This document shows, one piece after another, positions 1 through 15,849 of a stretch of DNA of 64,000 bases. The translations under genes and the position numbers were made by a program. The first letter of the stretch is position 1, and every line of letters starts with the position of its first letter. This DNA is from Rotaria socialis (lineage: Eukaryota): assembly GCA_905331295.1 (NCBI GenBank), contig CAJNYD010000013.1, positions 1-64,000 of the forward strand, in the 5' to 3' direction. The notes beneath the pieces are model-generated. The model had not been told where the DNA came from, did no database searches, and was given only the letters and a program-made list of their open reading frames with translations.

Positions 1-162
1 GGCGAACAATAATAAACCCTTATCCTTGACTCTTGAAGCAAAATACCCTTTTTTTGTCATATACCCTTGGTTTCATAAACCCTCAGGTTCATAAACCCTT
101 TAAGGGTTTATGAATATTTATAGATAGGGCAAGCGTTTATTAGTCTACTTTTTTTTACAGTG
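1..162. mobile_element. Right end of a CACTG-terminated (CMC/EnSpm-like) non-autonomous DNA transposon, truncated by the window edge
   Basis: Ends in TTTTTTTTACAGTG (reverse complement CACTGTAAAAAAAA) at 149-162. Subterminal repeated motif TTCATAAACCCT at 72-83 and 88-99, with a perfect 13-bp inverted copy at 102-114. The other end is not visible. Confidence 0.5.
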
Positions 163-202
163 TAGTATAGCGGTATACTGTTTATACCGCTTTACCACTA
201 CA
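161..202. repeat. Short imperfect palindrome
   Basis: TGTAGT..AGCGGTATA-ctgtt-TATACCGCT..ACTACA. Confidence 0.55.
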
Positions 203-509
203 GTTTTTATTTTGTCACAAATAGAGATGATTTTAATGAATTCGATTTTGTCGCAAATTCATATTCCCCACCATATGTGGCATATGTGTTCAACTTATTC
301 TCCTGTCCCTTCGGACGCAGATATCAAATTTTTCCCTCTGTCCACGTATTTCCATGTGTGGTTCTTTCAGTCTAGGGCCAAGTGAATTGATTCTCGACTA
401 GCGCTAGTTGTAATTTATTAAACATAGATGTATGCAAAAAAGATATATCCAATGAAGTATGTGTGAAACAATCGATAGTTTTCTATTTCATTGCGTAATG
501 GAGATACAA

Positions 510-809
510 TCACAAAAGTTTTTTATATTTAAAGATTTCAACTGGTTTGGCACTAGCTGCTTGAACCTGTTCGTTACCATGTTTAAAGTGCTCTGTTTGA
601 AAGTGCAACTTCAAAGCCTCTTCATTTTCCCACTCTTCGATAAATGTTAAGTGTGTTTCGTCCGATAAGTCTTGATGCAACTCATACTTGATACAGCCAG
701 GCTCAGTTCGAGTAGCTGCTGTCAATGTTCGAAGGACTGAAAGAATATTTTCCATCTGGTCCGCCCGACAATAGACGTGAGCGACGACAACCACGGTTGA
801 TGAAGACAT
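510..809 (-). CDS. Antibiotic biosynthesis monooxygenase (ABM)/putative quinol monooxygenase family protein, intronless, 99 aa
   Basis: Typical ABM pattern: VVVVAHVY, TRTEPGCIKYELHQD, TFIEEWENEEALKLHFQTEHF. The length matches a stand-alone ABM domain. Confidence 0.85.
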   Translation of the reverse strand: MSSSTVVVVAHVYCRADQMENILSVLRTLTAATRTEPGCIKYELHQDLSDETHLTFIEEWENEEALKLHFQTEHFKHGNEQVQAASAKPVEIFKYKKLL

Positions 810-1278
810 GTTCGATTTTTATTTATTCTGCCACACACTCACAGAATTAGTGACACGTATTTTTTTCTTTGAATCTGAAACGAAAGACTTTCACAAGATT
901 TTTCATGTGCTCGATAGCACGAATGTTTTTGATAGAGCTGTTTATTCAGCGATCAATTCTTATCAATAACAAAGAATCAGTTTTCAAAACCGGAGCTCTT
1001 CACTAAGCAAGGCTTTGGGGAAATCTTACAAGATCGCATGATTCTACGATAGGATACGTATACGATAATGGAAGAATAGACAAGAAACAAAAAAAATACA
1101 ATACATGTCGATTCGTCATCACTACCTTCTCCAGTGTGCTTCTTTCCTCTTTGTTTAAATTTTTTGGTATTTCTAACCTGAAATAGTTAACTTCTAATTA
1201 CAAAAACGTTCAAGAATACATTTTTAACGTATTTTCTAAGTAAATTAAAATAGGTCAATTTTCTGATCTACTAACAGC

Positions 1279-1518
1279 CCCAGATCGAACAGTACGATTT
1301 GGAAACGGCCGGTTCCGGGTAGTTCCGTTGATTTTGTGGAAGCAGTATTCCGGTTGGAAATTTTTCGGATTTTTTCCGGTGATTTCCAATCAATTCCTAC
1401 CGGAAAACTGCTTCCAATTTCCAGCCATTTCCCGTGTTTTCCTGCAGGATGTGGTGGCTTTCCCGCATATTCCCTGGAATATCCTACAGAATCCGGTGGC
1501 CAGAATGTTCGACCTGAG
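1279..1518. mobile_element. MITE-like element, about 240 bp
   Basis: Terminal inverted repeats CCCAGATCGAACA (1279-1291) and TGTTCGACCTGAG (1506-1518), 11/13 match. Interior is more GC-rich than the flanks, with repeated TTCCGG/TTCC motifs. No clear TSD. Confidence 0.7.
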
Positions 1519-2219
1519 AAGCTGCTGATTCGACACTAATTGGGCAGTTCTCTAAAATTCTGCTGATTAACTGTGATCATATTATTTCAGATCGCAAGAA
1601 ACTATCGGTTTGAGAGTATAGTTACAAGTAGAAGAATGATACAAAGTCCTACCGTGTATAGTTTCTCCTACGAAATTGGATGTAAACATGAGTAGAAAAA
1701 AAAACTTACTCCCAAAAATTGCAAGCGAGTGGAGTATGGTGTCAATTGATATGAGTCGAGATACGACTAGAATCGAAAACTACGTTATCGAAAGCATAAG
1801 AAGAAGAATGCAGAAAGTAAATATTCGTCGGAAGAACAATGAAAAACAACACGCCATGTGAGGTTGGGCGAAGAGTGAATCATTTCAACAAGAAATATTT
1901 TTTTCAGTGAAGATCATAGTGTGCAGTGGGATTTAGTTTGTCGATGTGTTTCGTATCTTCATAAAGATCTAAATTTTCAAGGGGTTGCACAAAATTTTCA
2001 AACAAGCAAAAAGTATCAATTGATAAATGTCAGAATAAGTTATAAAAAATTCAGCTATTCACATTTTCAATTCGACATTGATTACTAGTGAGATCCAATA
2101 AGACTCTGGGCTTGAAATAAATAGTTTTTCATTGTTTGTTATAGTCAAATATGTCAATGTTTCCTCTAGTGCCACGCTCAATGTTTATTTATTTCTGAAT
2201 CATTGAAGCAACGAATACA

Positions 2220-2306
2220 AGGGCGGGTGTATGTGAGGTGTGGGTGCGTGGATGTGGGTCTAGACACATATGTCCGCCTTTCCTCACACTTACACACCCA
2301 CGCCCT
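2220..2306. repeat. Imperfect GT-rich/CA-rich fold-back (mini inverted-repeat element)
   Basis: AGGGCGGGTGTATGTGAGG at the left pairs, with gaps, to CCTCACACTTACACACCCACGCCCT at the right. Confidence 0.55.
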
Positions 2307-2327
2307 CAAGAATTTTTCCGTACTGAC

Positions 2328-2711
2328 TTTCGCCCTTGACTTTCGGCAATTATTTTATTTCGTGAATTTTGGGCGATAGATGATTCCCAATTCTTATAAA
2401 ACTGTTCTTAGCATCTCGATACATTCTGTTACTTACCTCTTTCATCATCGATTCAAGCTGTATGTATTATTAGACGATATCATCATTCAGAAGGTCTACT
2501 AATATTGTTGAAGGACTTCGATCAACTTGAAATCACACAATGTCCAGTGTGGTTTCTTTACTATAATTAATTAGTTGATTAATATTTTTATTAAGATTTC
2601 CGATAATTCCTCAAACTGAACTATTGGCTATTGCCAAAGATCCCTCCTCTTTACAGCCGAAAATCTTAAAAGAACACAACTTTTGGCATTTGTCTAAAGT
2701 CAAGGGCGAAA
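2328..2711. mobile_element. MITE-like element, about 385 bp
   Basis: TIRs TTTCGCCCTTGACTTTCGGCAA (2328-2349) and TTGTCTAAAGTCAAGGGCGAAA (2690-2711). Outer 16 bp perfect, 20/22 overall. Non-coding interior. Confidence 0.75.
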
Positions 2712-3296
2712 TGCATGCTACCCGGTGGTATACGAATATTAAGTCTTTTACTGGCAAGTGTTTCTCTAGTTATTGAAAGCTATGTAGGTAGTTAGGTAAA
2801 TAATTATTGATCTACTACATTAAAACCACTCACTAACTATCATTAAGTATCAGTGTGAAGACGATGATTTTCGATGATAATATCATTTTATCAAATTTAT
2901 CGATCAGTTGTTAAGTGAAACTAAAGTACTTCGTTTCTCTCGTATAATTTTCTAGCTAAGTTTTTCAATAAAGTATGCTATTGACTAGTGAAAGAATTTT
3001 GATTTTATTTGAATTATTTATAAGCGGAAAGGAGCAAAGTACAGAAAATGCCATTATGTGTGATCACATGAATATGAAATGAGAATAGATTGTTGCTCAT
3101 TTTCGTGTTAGAATTCTTGATGTTGACATCAGATAGATAATTATAATAGATGACTCTGGCAGGTCTTTAATATTTGTTAGTGTATTACCGATGGTAGTAG
3201 TTAAAGTAATTGAGGATCTTTAATGGGGAATGTATTGTATAGAATATATTGATGTGTATTCCATTTTCTTCATTTGATAATATGTTTTTGATCAAT

Positions 3297-4275
3297 TTAA
3301 CAAGTCTTGCATATCGTCCATAAATCATATTGTTTGCTGACAGTTTCTTCCACTAATTTTCCAACTTTTTCATTATTACAATTACTTAATTCACACCAAA
3401 ATTTGATTGATAAACGATGTTTAAATATTGCTCGAGCTGGTTTCATTTCGTCTTGTTCCTACGCAGCATTCATAAATTATTCTATAAGATTATAGATATA
3501 CGATTGAGTTGCTTGCATGCCAATATTTATAATATTAGAATATTTCATTTGTGCTTGACAAACATTCTTATGTTAATGGTGAGTTGAAGCATTGGTAATA
3601 CATGTAAATCCGTATTTTCGCATTTACCTTCACCTAGTGTTGTATCTACTGAATAGTACCATGAGCATGAATTATTGTAGCATGGTTTTACATTATCTCC
3701 ATTACCAATCGTGCACTCATCTAAAGAAAAATTCATGAGGTTTAATCACCGATCAATGTTTACCCCGTTTAGATGAAGGCTCACAGTATACTATTCTTAC
3801 TTTTTTTTTCACCTTGGACGAGTATCAAAGGGCGAATAGAAGATTCTAAATTTCTATAATTTTTTTTAATCAACCAAGTCAAATATTCCTCAATGAACTG
3901 AGTATCACATTCATCATTGCTTTGACATGTTATGTATACTGTAGTATTGATCGAAGTTTGACTCGTGGTCTTCTCAGGATTCGCTGATGTGATCGATGTA
4001 GAAATTTGTACATGAACATTTTCAAAAGAACGAAGACGTGGTAATTGCATCGATTGGTCGAATTGTATTACCAAGTCTTTAGTAACTGAATTTAATTCGA
4101 TATATACTTGGCACTTCTTCTTATCACTACTTTTTAGATTGTTCAGAGTTTTCATAACTTTAGTTAAATTAACCTCAGATGAATAGAATTGCATTTGAAT
4201 ATCATCAATACATTTAATACCATCAGAAACTTTGATGAATAACATACAAGTAATAAAATAAACTAGGAATGCCAT
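3297..4275 (-). CDS. Secreted cysteine-rich protein of unknown family; 3' part possibly disrupted
   Basis: ATG at 4275 gives a signal-peptide-like MAFLVYFITCMLFIKVSDG|IKC. Exon 4275-3801, GT-AG intron 3800-3721, then an exon from 3720 (DECTIG..KPCYNNSCSWYY..GKC) that stops at 3545. A further coding-like segment at about 3458-3297 reads FWCELSNCNNEKVGKLVEETV. Confidence 0.6.
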
Positions 4276-5287
4276 GTAAATTTTCAATAAATTCTCATGA
4301 TATTTTACATTTTTAAAGATCTCCTTATATATCCTTCTGAAACCATGAAAATATAACGTGTGTTAATAATCAATCATGTAGCGACGCAATTGACCTGACA
4401 AGGAATAGATTTTTCAAAAATTAAGGTATAGCAAGACATATACGACATGAGTAAATTCGGATGTAAATATTTGATGATTTTGTTTCAAAAGAAAAACACC
4501 CTCGAACATACTGATTAGCATGACAAGCAGGAAAATAATAATAAATAAACGTATATTTTGACTGTATGCACTAGTGAAAATATTTATATTGACTCATAAA
4601 AAACAATTTCTACACATTGAACAAAAAGAAAATGCGTGTATTCTCTTTCATATACGGTTTTAACATAGAATTGAATATTGCATAAATCTGCTCAAATCGA
4701 TTCGACAAGATTAAAAACATCAATTGATAAGATGGTAAAATATTTTTTCGAAAATCATCGTTGAAAGCTTTGTGCTTTTATTTCAAACTTCTTTTTATCG
4801 TCTTTTGATTACAATTTTTCATAACATTTCTGTCAAGTCCATTAATCATTCGTTTTCTTCTCGAGCCTAAACGACTAGTATAATGTTATATTTCGCTTTA
4901 GTGAGTGTGAAAAGCGAGTTCAAAAATATGATGTGTGATAATAAAAGTCTACGTCATCGACTGACAAACAGGGAAATATTGCACACACACGGTACTTCAA
5001 TCTGTGACTGGCATCTTGTTTTATATTACTTTTTTTTTATTGTCAAAAACATTATATAACTTGCTTGTAGATTAAAAGCAAACTTAATCGATCATGAACA
5101 CGTTGTGATGTATGACGAAATATTTGTCTGCTAAATATGATTCCTCGTTCGAAAGAGGGAGTAATATGTCAGTGCCTGAATATTCATGAATTTTTATCAC
5201 TGGATGAATTATTATCAATCGAATGTTCTTTAAAAGCATAGATTACATTCACCGCACGAAGTAAAAGACAATAGATCCATTTATTTT

Positions 5288-5728
5288 ATGGAAGTTGACA
5301 CTCCTTCAGATATTAAAAATCAACCAACTAATGATGCTGACCAAGCAGACGAAGATGAAGAAGAAGATTTTCTCATCATGGCTGATATTGGACATGATAT
5401 TGATCAACAAACTGTTCTCGAACATGCTGTAAAATCTGAAATTCGAGCGATTGATATCGATGGTACTAATCCATTCATTCAAATCGGCCCATATACATTT
5501 CAAGGTCAATATAATTATATTCTTGGTACAAATTTATTTTTCAGTACATCATCAGCAACTATAGATGATAATGCAAGTACGAGTAGTCGGGTTGAAGAGG
5601 TAACAACAAATATTCCAAATGCAAGCGATTTAAATTTAATTGGAATGGCTGATAAAAAATTAAACTTATCACGTGTTTATGTCTATCCTAAGAAGGCAGA
5701 TGATACTGATATTCAATCGAAATCTTGA
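5288..5728 (+). CDS. GTF3C6: General transcription factor IIIC subunit 6 (TFIIIC35-like), intronless
   Basis: Acidic N-terminus followed by a TFIIIC_sub6-type motif IRAIDIDGTNPFIQIGPYTFQGQYNYILGTNLFF and the C-terminal IGMADKKLNLSRV. Confidence 0.8.
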   Translation: MEVDTPSDIKNQPTNDADQADEDEEEDFLIMADIGHDIDQQTVLEHAVKSEIRAIDIDGTNPFIQIGPYTFQGQYNYILGTNLFFSTSSATIDDNASTSSRVEEVTTNIPNASDLNLIGMADKKLNLSRVYVYPKKADDTDIQSKS

Positions 5729-5842
5729 TGTAATATATATATATGTATGTGTATAAAAATATATGTTGATGATAACGAGAAAAAATTATCTGACAATTTT
5801 TATTTTTAGAAAATATAAACTTTTTTTCCTATGTGTTATGTT

Positions 5843-8800
5843 CTATGCGATAATCATGGATGAACTGCCTTGATCAGATTCTTCAACAGAAGGAGTTGGA
5901 ACTGAAACCGGGATCATTTCCGTTTGAGTGATTGTGCTATTTTGTCGAGCTGATAAATAATCGTTGAGGTCACCGGGTGGCTCTAATATTTGAAGAAGAA
6001 AAAAAAGCAGGAGAATTAATTTTTGCTTATTCGGTCTTACCTGGTAATTGTTCGACATAAGTTTTACTTTGTGTCATATTAAAACATTTATTTAACAGTG
6101 TTTGAGCAAATGAACTAGCTGGACTTAACCAAAGGCCCTACGAAACACAATAGAAATTTCGATTGAATATATACGAAATTTTAAAAAGATTCTGACTTGA
6201 TGAAGATATTCAATCGCTTGGCCGTAATTTCCTTGTAAGGCATGCACAAATCCAATAGCAATAAGCGTTTGTGGATTACGTGGTGTTAATCCAAGACATT
6301 TTTTAAAATGCATTATAGCATCATCATATTTCCTAGACAGAAAACAAAATTCACTACTAAATTTATTCATTTAGAATTTGTCTTACTTTAATTTTCGACA
6401 TGCATGTCCCATATTATTAAATAAAGGTTCCCAATATGGTAATAAGTCAACTTGATCAATCGCTTCAACTTTAATTAAAGCACGTTGAAAGAAAAGTAAT
6501 GCATGATGATATCTAAATGAAATTTTCTTGATTATATAAATCATTTCAACTGCGTACATACTCTCGATTAAGATAATTGATTACACCTAATTCATGAAGT
6601 ACAGCTGGATCATCGGGATAAAATTTTAATGACTCAGAATATAGACGTTCAGCTAATCGAAGATTATTCGTTAAACTATATTCAAGACCAACATAAAGAA
6701 TTGGCAAATGACAACTGTAGAAACAAATGTAAATCTCTTTAAAAATATTTAATTGAAGAGAGAATTTTCTACCCGCGCATAACATCTGCAGCAGTAAAAT
6801 ATGCTGAAATTGCATGATCATGTTCAGATTCAAGACCATATGAATGACCTAATGCAAGCCATGCTGGGCCAAAACTTCGACATAAAGATGTGGCTTTTCT
6901 AAAAACGAAATATAGAAGAATTAAATCTTTTTTTAACGATGCAGCTCATACGCTAAATATCGACGTGTTGGCTCAGGTTTTTTTGTTACTAAATAATAGC
7001 ACCCAACTGCCAGCCAACTGAGCTAAAATTGAGAAGAATAAGATTTTTCTACGAGTTTTTCTCATCTTTATACTGGATTTTCTGGACATTGTCTTGCTAA
7101 TCGATGTCCCAAACTAAATAATTCTATTAGAAAGAAAAAGAAAGAAATCGAATTGAGCTTTTTTTTATTAACTACAAACCAGTTTTATCTTTCATTTCAT
7201 AAAGTAATGCAATATATATAAATAATCCATGTTGATGAAATGGATTATGTGTAAGAACTCTATAAATAATCAAATCAATATCATTTACAAAAATCGAAAC
7301 ATTCTCAGGCGTGAAATTCACTTTTCGAAAAAATCTCAACTTACTTTTTACATAAATCAAATGATTCACGAAATTTATAATTATAATAAAATTTTTCAGC
7401 AATCTAACGAAAGTTAAATTATTTTAGAATTAAATTTTGTTTAACATACATTTATACAATAATCAGCATTATCGTTCAATAAACCGATAGTAAACGTTGG
7501 AAGATTAACAATAATTGGCTTCATATACTAAATCGAATTTTTTGTTATCGACCAATGAAGAATTCATGAGTAGATAAAAACAAAACAATATTTACCTGAT
7601 GAACTTCTTGTTCGTATGAACAGCGTACAACGGAAGCAACATCAGAATCACATTGTTTTTCAATCACCATTCTGTCGACCAATCGTTGTTCTGAAACTCA
7701 ATAATAATAAATCTTCGTACAATTGAATGACAACAATACCTTCTTCTGGTGTATACATATGTTTCTTAATTAATTTTTCATACGCTTCAGCACAAAACAC
7801 ATCGAAACGAAGTGCTTCTTCATAAAATTTCATTGCTTGTTGTAATGAGCCAAGAATTTCAGCGACTTTTCCACGTAATAAACAGATGGACGCACGAAGC
7901 TAAACGTAGAAATATATATATATTTACTATGACGATCAATTAAGAATTAATAGAATAAGATCATACAGGATTAGGAAATTCAATATTTGTTATTTTCGGT
8001 GTAAATGGTGTTTTAAATGATGATCCTGGTTGTTGCTGTTGTTGGTCGACATCAAGGAATTCTTCGAGTAATTCAAGAACGGTTGCTGCTGTTTGATAAT
8101 CTTTTAAATGAAACTACAAATGAAGTTTTAATAGAAAAAAAAAGCAATGCTGTTGCAATTTCAATTTACATGACAGAGAGCAACAAGATATTTAAATTGA
8201 GGATCCGACTAAAACAAACAAGTTATGAAAAACAAAATCTAAAATTTAATTTATGACAAAAGATTTCAAACGTTACATGATAAAGAGGAGAATTTTCAAG
8301 AAGAATACGTGTTCGATTGTAATCCCCATTGGACATGAAGCATTTGGCAACAAGAAGTAAGTCATCGGACGAATCTAAAAATCATGGAATTTTTATAAGA
8401 TGGTATTTACAAAACGATTTTAAATAGTTTACTTCGATTTAATGAAAGTAATTTATCACCCCAGAAAGCAGCCGATTCAAATTGACGCTAAATAAAAACA
8501 TTTGAATTAGATGTCGTCTTTTAATCAACATTTCACAGAAAATGTGAAATCATCGAATACAACTCTCTCTCTACCACAAATTATGAATGGATTCGTTGAC
8601 ATACAGTTTTGTTGTAGTTTACAACAGATTACATGTCTTTAGCAAAGTAGTTTTATCGTCAAAAGAAAATAGCAATCTAACTCAAACTGAGTTTGACATC
8701 GTGTAATTTTTTATCTTGCAATATTACAAAGAGAAGAATAGTGTACTATCCAAAGGAAATGCTTTGCTAAATTTTTCAAACGCAGCAGATCTATTTTTGA

Positions 8801-9686
8801 ATTATTTCATTGATTCACATAATCAGCGATTCTCTATCTATGATATAACGTCAAGGTGACCTGAGGGAAAAAACTCCGCCTTGAATGTCTATTCATTAAT
8901 ACACCATGTATTAATTTAAGAAGATTAATTTTTGACATAAGCATCTGTTAACAAGAAGACACAAAGCTACTGTATTACAAACGAGAAAGGACCTTTTTTT
9001 TAATCATTAATCATTGATAACATAGGATATTTCCGATAATAGCTTCGTCCTAGAGGGAAAACGATTTCGACATATGCATTCCAGTGAATATCGTATTCAA
9101 TACTTTTTCTTTCGAAGTTCAAGTTCATGGTTTTATACGTATTGCTTTTTTTTATCGATTCTCAAGCCTGTACAAAAAAATGTGTCATAACCTTTCATGA
9201 GTATGCATCGGGAATTTCACATTATCTTCTTTTGATTTCTATATGGAAAAAGTACTATGAGTGATAGACGTGGTAGAATGTTGTCAGAGCTTATGAATTT
9301 CAACATAAGCAGTTTTCTGTGTCATATGAAATTCTTTGTATCATTTGTAAGATTGAAGTTTGTCCGAGGCCTGCCAGTAGAGCCCAAATTAATGACGGAG
9401 CATTGCATAAAAATTTCTGCTTGTTATTTAAACCAATCTTATAATTGCTAAGAAAATACTTGTTCGATAATCATGCACGTGAGAGAAACAATGTTTTAGT
9501 CCTTTGTATTATATCTCTAAAGGGCATAAGGAACAACGAAAATTGTCATTGTCATTGGATATTCGATCTTGACCATGTTTACAAAGAAAAATATATCATT
9601 AGAATTACCTGTGCTGAGTAATCTTCAACAACTTTACGCAATCGATTAACAACACGTTGAAGCTGTTCTTCAGGATTATCAATCAT
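5843..9686 (-). CDS. CDC16: Anaphase-promoting complex subunit 6 (CDC16/Cut9), multi-exon TPR protein
   Basis: Exon 1 (9686-9609, MIDNPEEQLQRVVNRLRKVVEDYSAQ) splices across a 1.1-kb intron to RQFESAAFWGDKL. Later exons include ALRFDVFCAEAYEKLIKKHM, WLAVGCYYL, FGPAWLALGHSYGLESEHDHAISAY, CHLPILYVGLEY and WEPLFNNMGHACR. Confidence 0.93.
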
Positions 9687-10215
9687 TTTTGAAATATTTA
9701 TCTTAGACCAAAAAAATGTTGAGAGAAAGAATTCAAATGGACGTACAGCTGTATGTATGACTCATATATTTATACAAGAAAATAAATCTTTAAATTTGAT
9801 TGGTCCAACATTCTCCTTTACTGTAGTTGATAGGACTCTATTCAATTTTTCTTCAACTGTCAAATGGTAAAACGAATATCTTTGCATAAATGTGTTATAT
9901 AGAAGTAAATTCGAGTAGTTGCCTGATTGATCACAAGCAAAAACAGTCAAGTCATCAGCTATCGATGCTACTGCGAGTACAACTTCACCTTGTTTGTGTA
10001 TTGGTCGTTGTGGATGTACACCCCTACGGCATCGTTTTCAATTTGTTTTATTTCAAATCTTTCTAGATAAATTCTCTCGTACTGTTTTCGTTTGTCGTTT
10101 TTCATTCAAACGATGCAGATATATATTAAAAAGCCTTCAATGAACACCAAATAAACACATACTCAATGACAATTCTATTCAATTATTAATATTATATTAA
10201 CTTATCTTCATATAG

Positions 10216-10216
<1 letters not shown>

Positions 10217-10254
<38 letters not shown>
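10217..10254. repeat. (TATC)9 microsatellite between the divergent CDC16 and SRPK starts
   Basis: Read directly from the sequence. Confidence 0.9.
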
Positions 10255-10294
10255 ATATTTTATTTCGTTTCAAAAATTCATATATTTATTCAAC

Positions 10295-14347
<4,053 letters not shown>

Positions 14348-15849
14348 TTGATAAATTAGGGTGGCTCTGCATGTGTGTTTGTGTGTCTATATTTCTTCTT
14401 TTCTTTTTTTTAATGTTATAAATTGTTTGTGTATGCATGTGTTTCTGTATAATGTGTTATCACAATCGAACCTCTTCGGACGCACCAATACAAAAGAAAA
14501 AACGAGACAAGAACGAAATGAAGAAGCGTCTGACTGTGATACACACAAGTATAGGCTCTCTAATTCTCATTCATTAGTCTTCTAGCAGCCATGTTTCTTT
14601 CTTTTCTTGTCTTCTTTTCACTTGTGCGTGTGTGTTTTGAAACAGTGTTTGTTAAGAATCATTCCCATAAAACATAGAAGGGCACATATTAAAACTTAAA
14701 AAAAAAATCCTAAAGAAGAGATAGATTTAATATCATGATCACTGTATATTTTCTTTTTTTGGCGATAAAACAACGCAGAAACATAAATAGGTATTTTTGT
14801 TTTCTAACCTATTCAAATAAATCTTAATCATTTACATTTATACACACATACACGTATGATTTGTTTGTTTGTTTGTTTGTCTATTGTGTTCTTTTTCTTT
14901 CTTACCATAATATGTTTTCATATCTCTTTGTTCCCCTTTCTAATATCTATCTTTCACGTATAGAACACACGCTTCTTATTTCTTCTGTGCACTTGATGTG
15001 TTTGTTTAAAAAGCGACGATCGCACACATACACATACATATATTATATACAATTAAAGTCAATTTTTGCGTTCAAGATGTTTCTTTTTTTGTTCATTCTT
15101 TTACTTTCTGCTTTGTCTTCTGAAGATCTCATTATCACTCAAATAAACAGAATAGGAAAGAAAAAATTTCATTTAAAATTAAACAAACTATGAAATCATT
15201 CAGGCGCGCAAAAAATAGGAAGAAAGTAATTTGAATTAGCAATCATTTTTTTTGTCATATTATAATAATAGCAAAATAATGCATCATTGAAAACAGATGC
15301 ATGACATAATTCGATAACTTGTTTTATTAATGATTTCAAATCAATTCACAAAGGTTAAAGTACGTGAAAAAAATGACTTAACTAAGTTCGATAAGAAAAA
15401 GAATTTCTTTCTGTGAATTTGAAAAGATAAATTATTTATGTCTAGAATGAAAAAGCTTCGGAGTCATAATTTTATTCATGCAACTATATCCTTCAAACAT
15501 AAAGACGCAATAAATTCATTTGAATATAAATGATTTTGTTTTAAGAAATCGGTTTTGAGATATATTAAGTAAATTGTATTATTTACCGAACATGCTTAAT
15601 AGTGATATGGTGCATTGATAATCAAGCAAACTCTTTGATTTGCTTTTCATGTTATTATAGATCACGCACTTATTTATTATCTTAGCATAGTAATCTTTCT
15701 AGTTCTTTCGGCAACCTTTTGATCTGAGTGTTGTATGTCTTAATCAAAATATTTCAAAGAAAGAGAGAAGCATAAAAGTTTCAAGAACTTTCTAAAAATA
15801 ATATCAACTAATTATCAAGAATACTTGACTGTTGTTACACTATTTTAAT

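Noticed and set aside
1328..1539. Two short plus-strand ORFs
   Set aside because: They lie inside the 1279-1518 MITE, have non-ATG starts and show no protein motifs.
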